64,000 bases of DNA from contig MU054117.1 of the NCBI GenBank assembly GCA_013239625.1, positions 5,173,514-5,237,513 of the forward strand, read 5' to 3'. The position numbers and the translations under genes are program-made. How positions within the stretch are numbered: the first letter of the stretch is position 1; each line of letters begins with the position of its first letter. The notes under the pieces were generated by a model. It was given only the letters and a program-made list of their open reading frames with translations. It did not search any database and was not told where the DNA came from. This document shows positions 12,201-23,700 of the stretch, one piece after another. This stretch comes from Lama guanicoe. Its lineage: Eukaryota.

Positions 12201-12646
12201 CGGTCTTCACTGTCATGTGGTTGCCCTGATGCTCAATCTCCTTGTCCGGCTTGAGCAGCAGTGCGATCTTCCGCAGAGCCAGGCCGATGTCTGTGGGGGC
12301 TGTCTCTTAGTGAGGGTCCTCTTAGCCAGCCGGCCAGGGGCTCCCCCACCTGCAGCCACACCTCGGGGCTGGGAGTGTCCCCTCAGCTGGGTTTACTCCC
12401 TCCTAGCAATGCCCCTGGCTAGAAACAGAGCCCAAGTCAGGTGCCGGCCCCCACCCCCACCCCAGCCCTTCTACAGTGTCCAACCCCCACGTCCCCCTCC
12501 TCAGTGGGACTGGAGGCAGGAAGAGAGAGGGGAGAAGGGGAGCGAAAGGGCTCGGGGAGGGGGAGAGCATTACTCAGGGCTTGTAGGTAGTCCTCCAAGT
12601 TCTTCTGCGAGACAAAGCGGTAGTAGCCAGTGAGGTTGGGAGGCAT
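9219..12646 (-). CDS. RBP5: Retinol-binding protein 5 (CRBP-III), 135 aa, 4 exons
   Basis: Exons 12646-12574 (73 nt, [24 protein letters not shown]), 12290-12112 (179 nt), 9833-9732 (102 nt, [34 protein letters not shown]) and 9272-9219 (54 nt, [17 protein letters not shown]). All GT-AG; total 408 nt; typical FABP/CRBP exon sizes. Confidence 0.97.
10835..11290. mobile_element. MER3/MER33-like hAT relic split by a Vic-1-like SINE (about 11046-11163, minus)
   Basis: TCTAGTAGCCAC...AGCTAGTAGCTATCATATTGGACAGCACAG terminal motifs; SINE head and tail inside. Confidence 0.6.
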
Positions 12647-12795
12647 TGTCCAGGCTGGCCAGGAAGGAGATCACGACTCCAGGAGAATACAGGAGCTGGG
12701 GCGAGGGCGGAGAGGCGTCGTCTGACAAGCGGGGCTGGGAGACTCAGCCTCTTCACACACAGAGGCAGCTTGTGCAAAGGTCTGTGCTACCAGGG

Positions 12796-12803
12796 TTTTT
12801 ATA
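12796..12803 (-). promoter_or_regulatory. TATA box of RBP5
   Basis: TATAAAAA on the minus strand, 150 nt upstream of the RBP5 ATG. Confidence 0.7.
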
Positions 12804-13699
12804 GACTGGGGCCCTGTTGCAATAAGAGCTCCCACCAGACTCCCTCCCTCCCTCCACGATGAGTGTGAGGCTGGTGTCTGGAGCCCGAGAGATGGGCAGG
12901 GACTTGGCAAGTTTGTGCCTGACCTCGGCTTTTCCTGAGGAAGGAACCTGGAGCAGGATCTGGGGCTGTCAGTCAGGTAAGACTTGAGCCTCTCCCGGAG
13001 GTCAGTTTTGGCTTCTAGCCCATTTCTGGCAGACTTGGGAACCGTCCCAGAACCCGATGGGCAGGCACAGCAGGAGAGTGGGTCTTGCTGCGAGGGGCGG
13101 GTGGTGGTGGAGCTCTCCCAGGCTCGCCCAGGGATGAGTTCTAACAGTATCCTGAGCTCCTAGGGCTAAGTCAGGGATCCTAAAAGATACGAGGTGGAAG
13201 AGGTGGGGAAAGAAGGGGACAGCCAGCTGGCCCGGAGTCCCAGTGAGGGAAATTCCATGGTGCTGGCCCCCACAGCTCCCTGCGACAGCTCCTCTGAGCT
13301 GGGGCCCAACACTGGCCGGCGCTCCAGACTCTTTGTCCTACAGAGCGGTTAGGAAGGAAGCAGGGAAACTGCGAAGGGGACTGTCAGCAGCCTGATGAGG
13401 TGCTGAGTTCAAGGTCTGGAGCAGAAGGCGAGGGAGGAGTTTGGTTGGCTCTTCTGGAGAATTTTACACTCTCTGGCTCGGGACTCAGGGGCTTCCCCCT
13501 CCCTCTGGAGTCACTGATGACACCATCCCTCACCCCCCAACCCCAGCCCTTGGATGGCGGGTGTGCCCAGATGTTTCCCCATGGAGGGGGTGTGAGCCTA
13601 AATCCTCGTGCTTCCCCATCTCCGCCCCCACACACTTTTCTCCGTCTCTCAAACCTACCAACTTCCCGGCTTCAGAATTGACCAGGTTGGTTCACCATG

Positions 13700-13836
13700 A
13701 TTTTTTTTCTTTTTTTGGGGGGGGATTAGGTTTATTTATTTTTAATTTTTTTGAATTGGAGGCACTGGGGATTGAACTCAGGACCTGGTGCATGCTAACC
13801 AAGCACTCTACCACTGAGCTACACCCTCCTCCCACC
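13700..13836 (-). mobile_element. tRNA-derived SINE (Vic-1-like)
   Basis: GGAGGCACTGGGGATTGAACTCAGGACC...CTACCACTGAGCTACACCCTCC. Confidence 0.85.
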
Positions 13837-14399
13837 ATAATTTAAGGTGGGAAATTTGGGGAGAGGAAGGCAGGGAGGGTAGGCAGTGGGAAAAATCCCC
13901 CCTGGTGGTGAACTGTCCCGACAGGTGTTTGTGTGCATGGGCTGTATGCCACAAATATCTCCCTCCCTCTCCAGTCCCCTTCCTGCGGCCTTGCTGACCA
14001 CCCCATGGCTTCCTCAGAGACCTGGGGCTGGGAGCTGAAATGCAGCATCTCTCCGGGGATCGGGCTGCGGGTTTTACTTCTAGCTTCCCTGGAGGCACAC
14101 AGCAGGGACTTGCTGATGGGCTGGGCTGTGAAAAAAGGTTAATGCAGAGTTGGTGGCGGTGGTGGTGATGATGGGGTGACGTGGATACTGTCCCTCCTCG
14201 CCTCCCTCAGGTCTCCACTGACGTCTCCTCTCCCCACCCCCGGGGTTCTAGCTTCTCGAGTCTCCCCGTTTCCCTCTGATTTCCCACCCCCTCTACGGTT
14301 TTCCAGCTTCCTCCCCAACGCCCGCAGTTCCCTTGCTCCCCCAAACTGCAGTCGGGGGGGGGAAGCCCTAACACATCCTCCCGCCCCTGCTCCCTAGTC

Positions 14400-14784
14400 C
14401 CATTGGTTCCCACCCCCCCTGCAGCACCTGCCCCCCCCCGTCACCCGATTGGCCAGCGGCCCCATCAATCCTCGCCTGGCTGTGCTGACGTCATCCTGCA
14501 GCAGCCGGGATGGGGTGGGAATGAGAGAGGGAGTGAGGACGCCGGGCTCCCGGGCGAAGGAGAAGAAGCCACTGCAAGGCCCCCACCTCGGCCACCCAGG
14601 CTGGGGTCTGCCCGGGTCTGCTCTATGGACTAGCGTGCGCGGCAGACTCCTTGCGGTCTCCGCCCTGCGCCCGCGCTCTCCCCTCCCCTCCGCGGAGCGC
14701 CCCTGCATCACCCCCCAAGGTGGACGAAGCCGGCTCGAGGCTCCCGGGGGAGAGCGATCGGGCCCTGCCCCGCCCCGCCGGACC
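14400..14784 (+). promoter_or_regulatory. CLSTN3 CpG-rich promoter/5' UTR with two inverted CCAAT boxes and a full CRE
   Basis: ATTGG at 14402-14406 and 14448-14452, palindromic TGACGTCA at 14486-14493, GC boxes and high CpG density just upstream of the ATG at 14785. Confidence 0.7.
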
Positions 14785-17700
14785 ATGACCCGCCTGCTGT
14801 TGCCCCTCTTGCTGACTTCCCTGCTCCCCTCGAGCTCCTGTAACAAAGGTGAGTGAGGTGGGGGTTGGGGGCGCTGAAAGCAAGGTATCTGGCAGGGTGA
14901 TGTGCGGGTCAGGGTGGGCAGGAGCCACTGAGGCTCTCTGGCACATGACAGGTGGTTTTTCAGACCATCCGCCTTCCCATCGTTTTCTCAGACCTGCCGC
15001 CTTCTCTTCTCCCTCGCATCCCCTTTGCCACATCCTCCTCTCTGGTCCATCACTACCCATGTGCTTTTCTTGCTCCGGTTTGGTCCCTAATCTCATCCTG
15101 GGGTCTCTCTCCCCTCCTCCTCCAATTTCTTCCTGCTGGAGATACCTCAGGTGTCAGAGGGACTTGCCCCTGAGGGGCGAGACACATCTCTGGGGGGCTC
15201 TCCGTTTTCACTGGGCCATGCCAGCCCTAAGGGTGTGTGGCAGATCCATCTGGTCCATCTCCATCCCAGCCTGGGGAGAAACTGTTCCCTGCAGCTCAGC
15301 AATTCGGAGCACGTATGTTTTGGCGTGTTCCTCTGCATCTCTACCCTGGTGCCTGCACACAGCTGGGCTGTGGGTTACCAGAGCTGCCCTCTCTGGCAGA
15401 TAAATTCAGGCGGATAAATTCAGCTGGGTGAGGCCATCAGCAGGACCCAGAGCAGGGCGGGGAAGAGGGCTCAGATAGGTGGAGAGGGGCAGCAGAGGGC
15501 AGAAATGGGTGTGTGGAGGTGCTAAATGAGGGGTGAGAGGAAAGGCAAGAAGGAGAAGGGAGTCGAGGTGTGGGAGGGGGTAAGAGGGGATGGATGCAGA
15601 TCAAGGTGGAGGCAAAAAAGGAGAGGGGAATGAAGGGGAAGTCAGGAAGAACAGGTGGGGAGGGGAAGTCCAAGGGGAAGAGAAGGAGCCCACGAGTGAG
15701 TGAAAGGAGATGGACACTAGGGAAGAGGGGGTGGCTGAGAGGAGGGGGCAGGGAGACGGGGAGGGGGCAGGGTGGGGGGTGAGCTGTGCACAGCCCCCCA
15801 TCCTCTCTGACCTCAGCCACTCTCAGCCTTCCTGTGCTGCCTTCTGAGCACCATCTTGTGGCTGTCTCCTTTGCCGCTAGAGAAGGGAGTTGCGGGGGTC
15901 CTCAGCAAGGAAGGGGCAGGCATTCAGGTACCAGAAGGCTTTTGGAGGGCTAGTTGGAAGAAAGACTGGAAACCAGGGTTTCTTGCTCATCATGACGTCT
16001 GGGGGTTAGTTTCCTTTGGGTGACTCAGTTTCCCTCTGATGGTATGTCTTCCTCCACCCATGTCCCTAATGGGCTGTCATGAATGTACTTTGGGAGCTTG
16101 GAGGTTGGCCTGATTCGATGGAGCGGGTAGAGGAGGTTGGGGCTGGGATGATGTAGAAGGGGCGGGAGGCCTCTGCACCTTCCCTGTAGCCCCACATCAA
16201 GCTAGTGAGAGATTGGTCCTCAGGGGGAGACATGATTGAGTTGAGTCTGGTAGGAGACGAGAGATCCGGAGGCTGAGTCCCACATCTCTCCTGGATTGGA
16301 GGGTGGCTGAAGGGAAGAGGGGAGGCAAGAATGAGGACTCAGCCATCAGTCTGTATAAAAAGTGGGGTTCAGGGAGCATGAGGTTTGATGGCCCTGTGGG
16401 GGACATAGAAATGTGCTGGTTACAAGTGTGTTCCCTTGGGTGTGAGGGTGAGAAGCAGGGAGGGGATCTGTCGTGTTTCTAGGCCAGTTCGATAATCCCT
16501 GAGGATGTCAGCTGTGCTGGGTCCAGTCATTTGGCATTGATCCCTCTGTCCCATCTCTGTCCCCCTCCCTCTGTCCTATATATTTTTCCCTGTCTCTCTT
16601 TTCTCTTCTTCCCTCTACTCTGGGAGAATGGCCTTAGGATGGGGCTTGGCTGGGAGAGGACAGGATCAGGACTGAAGTGAGGTGGTGATGGTGGAGAGGA
16701 TGAACACTCAGGAGGGTCTAAGGAAACTTCTAGGCTTCTTCTTTTCCTAATCTCAACTCTGCCCTTTATCTATCCTTTCCTTTCCCCAGGGCTTTCTGGT
16801 GGCCCACCACTGCTCCCTAAATGCCCAGTGTCCACTTGAAGTCCCTAAAGAAAAGTCTCTTCTGACCATGTTTCCCAGGGGAGATGGCAGTCTCCCTCCA
16901 CCCACCCCCAGGGCAGGCTGTTGCCATGGAAACTCTATCCTGCCCTAGGAGAAGACTGTGACCTCCCACAGACCTTCTGACTCCTTTCAGAGCTGATTTC
17001 TTGTCCTCAGCCCGTCCTCCTGCAATGCTTCTGCAGGGGATGGGAAGGGTGGTGACACTGGAGTGTGGTTGTCTGGGGTTATGTGGTGGTGGAGGGCCAG
17101 CTCACAGGTGCTCCCTCTTCTCCATGGGGGGTCAGCCAACAAGCACAAGCCATGGATCGAGGCAGAATACCAGGGCATCGTCATGGAGAACGACAACACG
17201 GTCCTGCTGAACCCACCCCTCTTTGCCTTGGACAAGGATGCCCCACTGCGCTATGCAGGTAACTGGGGTGGGGGCAGGGCAAGGCCGGTGGGATGGAGAG
17301 AAGTGGGTGGGAGGCCAGGGGCAAGCGAGGAGAGGGGAGGTCCTGGGAAGAAGAGCCATGAGGACATGGGGAGGAGGATTTGGGAAAGTGGAAGAAGTGG
17401 GCTCCGTGAGGGAATGGGCAATGGTGAAGAATGGTAGTTAAGGAAAGGGAGCCAGAGAGAAGGATGTGGGCAGGCAGGGGTTAACGCATCAAAATTTTGC
17501 CAGATCTCAGACCTGGTGGCTCTGAGAGGTGGCACCTCAGGGAAACTGGGGTCTGAGCTGTATGTTTGAAAATGAACGCCTTCCGTGTGTGAGAGAAGGG
17601 CCAGGGGTTTGGGAGGAGAGGTGAACTGGGGGTCCCAGATGGTCTGGTGGTGGTGGTGGTGTTCGGGGGCAGGGGTCGAGTCTGGGAAGGAGATTCTGGA

Positions 17701-20700
17701 GGTGATGCAGGGACCTCAGCCTTCCTTCCCGCTTGGCCAGGTGAGATCTGTGGCTTCCGGCTCCATGGGTCGGGGGTGCCCTTTGAGGCCGTGATCCTGG
17801 ACAAGGCGACAGGAGAAGGGCTGATCCGGGCCAAGGAGCCAGTGGACTGCGAGGCCCAGAAGGAGCACACGTTCACCATCCAGGCCTACGACTGTGGCGA
17901 GGGTCCCGATGGGGCCAACACCAAGAAGTCCCACAAGTGAGGAAGCCGTGGTCCCCGTCCTCCACTGCAGGCCTGCTCTCGCGCAGGCCCTCCCCATCCT
18001 CTGTGCACAGTCATTGGCTGTCTGCCCCGCCCCCCTCTGCCCATGGGGTTTAGAGACACAGCCTTGTCCCCCAGGAGCCTTCAGCCAGAGTGACAGAAGC
18101 ATATGGTAGAACTCAGTTGGATCTAACGTTGGCTTTGCTGCCTATGACTTTGGGCTACTTCTCAGCCTTTCTGGGTCTGCTTTTCCTTGTTTGTAAAATG
18201 GGGATAATAAAGAATTCTGTAGGTTGCTGTGAAGATTAAAGGAGACGGTTTATGTAAAAAGCAGGCACTGCAGTGCCTGCCATACGGAAAGGGGCTCTGT
18301 ACCCGGGGGTTAGGATGCTGAGGAGAATGAGGGAGAGGCTGAGCTCATCAGTACACACCCAGATTCCTTTCACCTGCCCTGTCATCTGCTGGCACTGTGC
18401 ACCTCACTCACACACAGCACACACACGCACACGCACTGGTCTAGGGGAGGGTGGGCTGGGCCTGGGACCCCTACATCTGTTCCCAGCTAGCTATTTCAGA
18501 ATGGGGAAAAGATCTGCGGTCAGGATCCCTGGCCACTAGAGGTGCTAGAGATAAATCGCTCCTTGTGACTTGGTTTCCCATTGGGAGCTAGGGCCCTTCC
18601 CTCTGGGCCCTGGGCACCCGGATCTGGGCTGGGGACGGGGCTCAGCACGAAGGGCTTAGCTCCAGCTCTGCTCCCCCTGTGGGGCCCTGAGCGAGGAGGG
18701 GCCACAGCTGTCTTGTTCATCGCACACGTCAGACGATTTGTGTCTTATACAAATGCTTCTTCCCTTAATGTAGTTGGTTTTAATTTGGCTTTTACTCTGC
18801 ACTTCCTTGATTATCCCGTTGGATCTGATCACTGTGAAGGAACAACCTGCTGGACGCACACTCTGCTGTCTTGCCCCTGTCTTGCCATCCCAGCCTACAG
18901 CATTCTGTACAGAAGTCATCCAGATCAGTGTCCCCTGGGGTCGTTCCTTACCTCTCCCTGGCAGTGCCTGGTTCCCTGGGGTGTGGGGGGCGGTTAAATG
19001 AGTGTTCCCAAGGCCCCAGGCTCAGGACCCACTGGCTCCCGCCTGCTCTGTCTCCCTGTCTGGATTCCTACTTGTTGCTGACCCTCCCTCGTCCTCCTTC
19101 TGCTCTGGTGCCTGCAGGGCCACCGTGCATGTGCGGGTCAACGATGTGAACGAGTTTGCCCCAGTGTTTGTGGAGCGACTGTACCGCGCGGCCGTGACCG
19201 AGGGGAAACTCTACGACCGCATCCTACGGGTGGAGGCCGTCGACGGTGACTGCTCCCCTCAGTACAGCCAGATTTGCTACTACGAAATCCTCACGCCCAA
19301 TACCCCCTTCCTCATCGACAACGACGGTGAGCCCACCCCAGCTGCTCAGCCCCATGCACCACCATCCCTCAGGATGCCCCGGGGCTGCGCTCTCCACTTC
19401 ACCTGCCCTCACATCCCACTTCCACTCCCTCCTTCTTCTCCCTCCTTCCCAGATATGGAGCCTATCCCCCCAGTTTCCTTCTTTCTAGCTTCTCACTGCC
19501 TAATTCACCTGCTGCCCAGCTAGCTCACGAGTCCTTCCCTGGCCTCCCTGGACTGCCTCTAGCGCTCCTGGCCCTCTCTGTCCCCCACCCCAGGGAACAT
19601 TGAGAACACGGAGAAGCTGCAGTACAGCGGTGAGAGGCTCTACAAGTTCACGGTGACGGCTTATGACTGTGGGAAGAAGCGGGCGGCAGATGATGCCGAG
19701 GTGGAGATCCAGGTGAAGCCCACCTGTAAACCCAGCTGGCAAGGTGAGCAGCTCAGCTCTGGGACCCGTCTCATGACCCACCATTCACCCTGGTCTCCCT
19801 TTTCGACCCTTCTGACAATCAAGGGGGCCAGGCTAGGAGTTGGGGGAGGGATATTTGGGGCAGGCCACAAGCTATCCACCGTGGCTGGCCATTTTCGTAG
19901 GAGCCAGAGACCGTCAGTGGGCGTGGCCAGAGCAGAAGGGATAGGAGGGGCTGCCTCACCCATCTGCCTCTCCACCACCCTCTCCCTCGCACCCCTGCAG
20001 GCTGGAACAAAAGGATTGAATATGCACCAGGCACCGGAAGCTTGGCTTTGTTCCCTGGAATCCGCCTGGAGACCTGTGATGAACCTCTCTGGAACATTCA
20101 GGCCACCATAGAGCTGCAGACCAGCCATGTGGCCAAGGGCTGTGACCGCGACAACTACTCAGAGCGGGCACTGCGGAAACTCTGCGGTGGGTGTGCCTCC
20201 CGGGCTGTCCCTTCCCATTCAGACTCTGCCTGACCCTCTTCTGCCTCTTTCTTGAGAATCTGTCTTACGTCTTCCTTTGCCCATCTATAGATGCATGTAT
20301 ACACCCGCAGGGGTGTGGCACGTGGTTATGTCTTGAGGTCCAAAGAGCATGTAAATATGTGGCTGGCAGAGATGTATGATGGTGGCACAGGAAGGTCGCC
20401 AGATACATTATGGAGCAGTGGCAGGGAGAGATGAGGAGCTGGAGGAGGTGAGGTTACCAGGGAGCTACTCCTAGAGGAGAGGCTCACTCCTTCCCTGTCT
20501 CTGAAAGGCCAGAAGAGGTGATGAAACGAGCTGGAGGAAATCTTTTCTCATCAGTCATTCTTTCCCTGCCTGCATCCTGTTCCCCATCATCTGTGTCTCG
20601 GCTCTGACCCCTGTGCCTTCCGGGGCTCCCGCAGGTGCTGCCCCTGGGGAGGTGGATCTGCTGCCCATGCCCGGCCCCAATGCCAACTGGACGGCGGGGC

Positions 20701-23700
20701 TGTCAGTGCACTACAGCCAGGACAGCAGCCTCATCTACTGGTTCAACGGCACCCAGGCTGTGCAGGTGCCACTTGGTGGCACAGCTGGGCTGGGCTCTGG
20801 GCCCCAGGACAGCCTCAGTGACCATTTTACCCTGTCCTTCTGGATGAAGCATGGCGTAACTCCCAACAAGGGCAAGAAGGAAGAGGAAACCATCGTGTGT
20901 AACACCGTCCAGAATGGTGAGCCTTCCTCAGGGCACCGGTCTGAGAGTGGGGAGACCGGCTCCTCGTCCTGCCTCGGTCCCTGTCTGGTCTGTGACAGAG
21001 GATGGGCCACCTCCTCTCTGTTCATCTGTAAGATAGTGGTGCCAGGTTTCAGATTCTCGCGATTTACTCCAATACGCAAGTTGCGTTCCCATGGCTCTCA
21101 GAGGGCCCTGGAACTGCTCACTCCTGTCCTCCTTTGCAGCTGCCCGATTGCCCTGCATCCCACCATGTAGTAAGGCTGCCCCCCAAATCTGCTCCCGTCA
21201 TGACCCTCCCATTGCAGCGGAAGAGCCTGAGTAACAGTGTGCCCCCTCCTTACTCTTCCACCCCCACCCCCATCCCCTCCTCCTCCTGTAAGGCCCCTCC
21301 TCCCTCTACTGCAGTGGCACATCCCTCTGGGGGGGGGCTCAGCCCTGACCTGCTCTTTCATTTCTGCCACCTCTCGGGGCCCATTTCTCTTGACCTGAAA
21401 AAGATTGTTAGCCAAGTTTGTATTGTTTGTATTAAGCAAAGGACCAGTGAAGATCCGGGTGGCAGCAGGCTGGCCAGTGTCCCCCCTCAGCCAGTTAGAG
21501 TGGCCAAGAAGCCCTAGACTGGACTGTGTGTGTGTGAGAGAGGTGGGGGGCACAGGGAGGGAGCGGGAGTGATGCTAGAGAACGAGGGAGAGGTAGCACC
21601 CGAGAGGATATGGAGAAGCCAGCATCCCTTCCCTGCTGGTGCTTTGAACCTGCTCTCGCCTCGGGCCCTGTGTTTGAGCCCCGTCCCCACCCTCTGCCCT
21701 CAGAGGACGGCTTCTCTCACTACTCGCTGACCGTCCACGGCTGCAGAATTGCCTTCCTCTACTGGCCTCTGCTCGAGAGCGCCCGCCCGGTCAAGTTTCT
21801 CTGGAAGCTGGAACAGGTGAGGCGGGGCCAGGCTCCTGGGAAGCGGGGCGGATGGATGCAACTTACCTTGGGGGGGCAGGTCCTAGGGCCGAGGTGGGCG
21901 TTTTCTGGGTTGCCCTGTGTTCCCTCTTTCAATCTCTGCTTTCAGTTCCTGGCCATTCATATCCCTCACTCTCAAGCCGTCAGCACATGGAAATCGAGGA
22001 AATAAGTAATCTGAGGTGCATAGACTGGGTCTGAGTCCTGCCAGGGGAACTTACTAGCTGGGAAATCTCAGTGAATGTGGTTTTGTTGTTGTTGTTGTTG
22101 TTTAACCTGTGAAATGTGGATAATAAGAATTCTATGTCCCAGGGTGGTTGTAGGATTAAACGATGTAATAGACCTTTATAGACTGAAAAGCCGTCTATGT
22201 ATGTCAGTTCTTACAGGTAGCCATGATTATGAGGGCTAAATAAAAACAGGAAAGAAAGAGAGAGAGAAAAGAAAAATCTCTTGAGCCAACAGCTGCAGCC
22301 TCTTCTTTATTCATTCTCCAAGCTGACCACAAGGACCTCGGGGACTAGTTTGAGTTTCCATCTCCTTCTGTTTTGCTTGCACCCCCCGCCCCCGCCTCCA
22401 GCCCCGGTGGAGTGGCTGAGTAAGCCGATGGCTGACAAGGGGCAGGAAGTGGAAGAGAGAGAGAGAAATGAAAATCCACAAACTGGGTAACTGAGGGCTG
22501 TCTACAGAAGCTTCTGCTTTCTGTGGCACTCTGATTTTTAATTTAGTTTTGTTTTATTGAAGTGTAGTTGATGTGCAATGTTAGTTTCAGGTGTACAGCA
22601 AAGCAATTCAGTTATAGATATGTATTACATACATACACATGTATCTTCAGGTTCTTTTCCATTATAGCTCATTACAAGAAATTGAATATAGTTCCCTGTG
22701 CTCTACAGTGGTTCCTTGTTGTTGATCTACTGTATGTATGGTAGTGTGTATTTGTTAACCTCAAACACCCAATTTGTCCCCCTCCCTGACCTTGTGGTCC
22801 TCTTTTAAAGAGATATTCTGCCATCTGCTTCTTCTTGATCTTTCCCCCGCGTTGCTAACATTGGTGACGTTACCATTTTGATTTTTCTTTCATTTACCCT
22901 TACTTATTCAACCAATATTTGTTCAGTACCAATGCCCTGCCATTCTGCTAGGTTCTGGGGATACAGTGGTGTCTGAGACAGAACAAAATCTCTACCTCCA
23001 TTGAGCTTACATTATAGTTGGGGAGATAGATTTTTAAAAAGTAAGTAGACATATAAAAATGGTAAGTTGGGGGAGGGTATAGCTCAGCAGTAGAGCGTGT
23101 GCTTAGCAGGCACGAGGTCCTGCCTTCAGTCTGCAGTACCTCCATTAAAAAATGATAAATTGTGATAAATGCTTTGAAAGAACAAGTAAAGGACTGAGGG
23201 GCAGACTAGAGGAGGCAGGGAGAGGGGAACTTGCCTTAGACTGGATGTTTGGGGAGGGCGTGATGGCTGTAAAATATGAGCTTATCCTAAGCGATGAGAA
23301 ACAGCCGTGAGGAGAGAGAGTTCCAGGCAGAGGGAAGAGCAGGTGCAGAGGCCCTGAGGCAGGAAAGGGCTTAGCATGTACCAGGCTTGGAAAGAGGGCC
23401 AGGGAGTTTGGGCACAATGAACAAAGGCGAAGGCCGGATTTGAGGTTGGAGAGATGGGCAGTGATCAGGTGTACGATGGACTTTGTCAGCCGGGGGTTGT
23501 TTGAATTTTGTCCTCTGAGAGATGGGAAGCCCTTTGAAGTGCTTACAGAAGGTACATGACCTGATCAGATTTACATTTTAAGAAGATCCCTTTGGCAAAC
23601 ATGGGAGGAGGCGAGACCTCAGAGTGGAAGTGCTCGGACCAGACTGTTGCAACATGTACATGCAGGAAAGATGGAGGACTTGAATGATGCGTGGCAACGG

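Noticed and set aside
18530..18548. CTCF-like TGGCCACTAGAGGTGCTAG
   Set aside because: Mismatches in the conserved GGC core.
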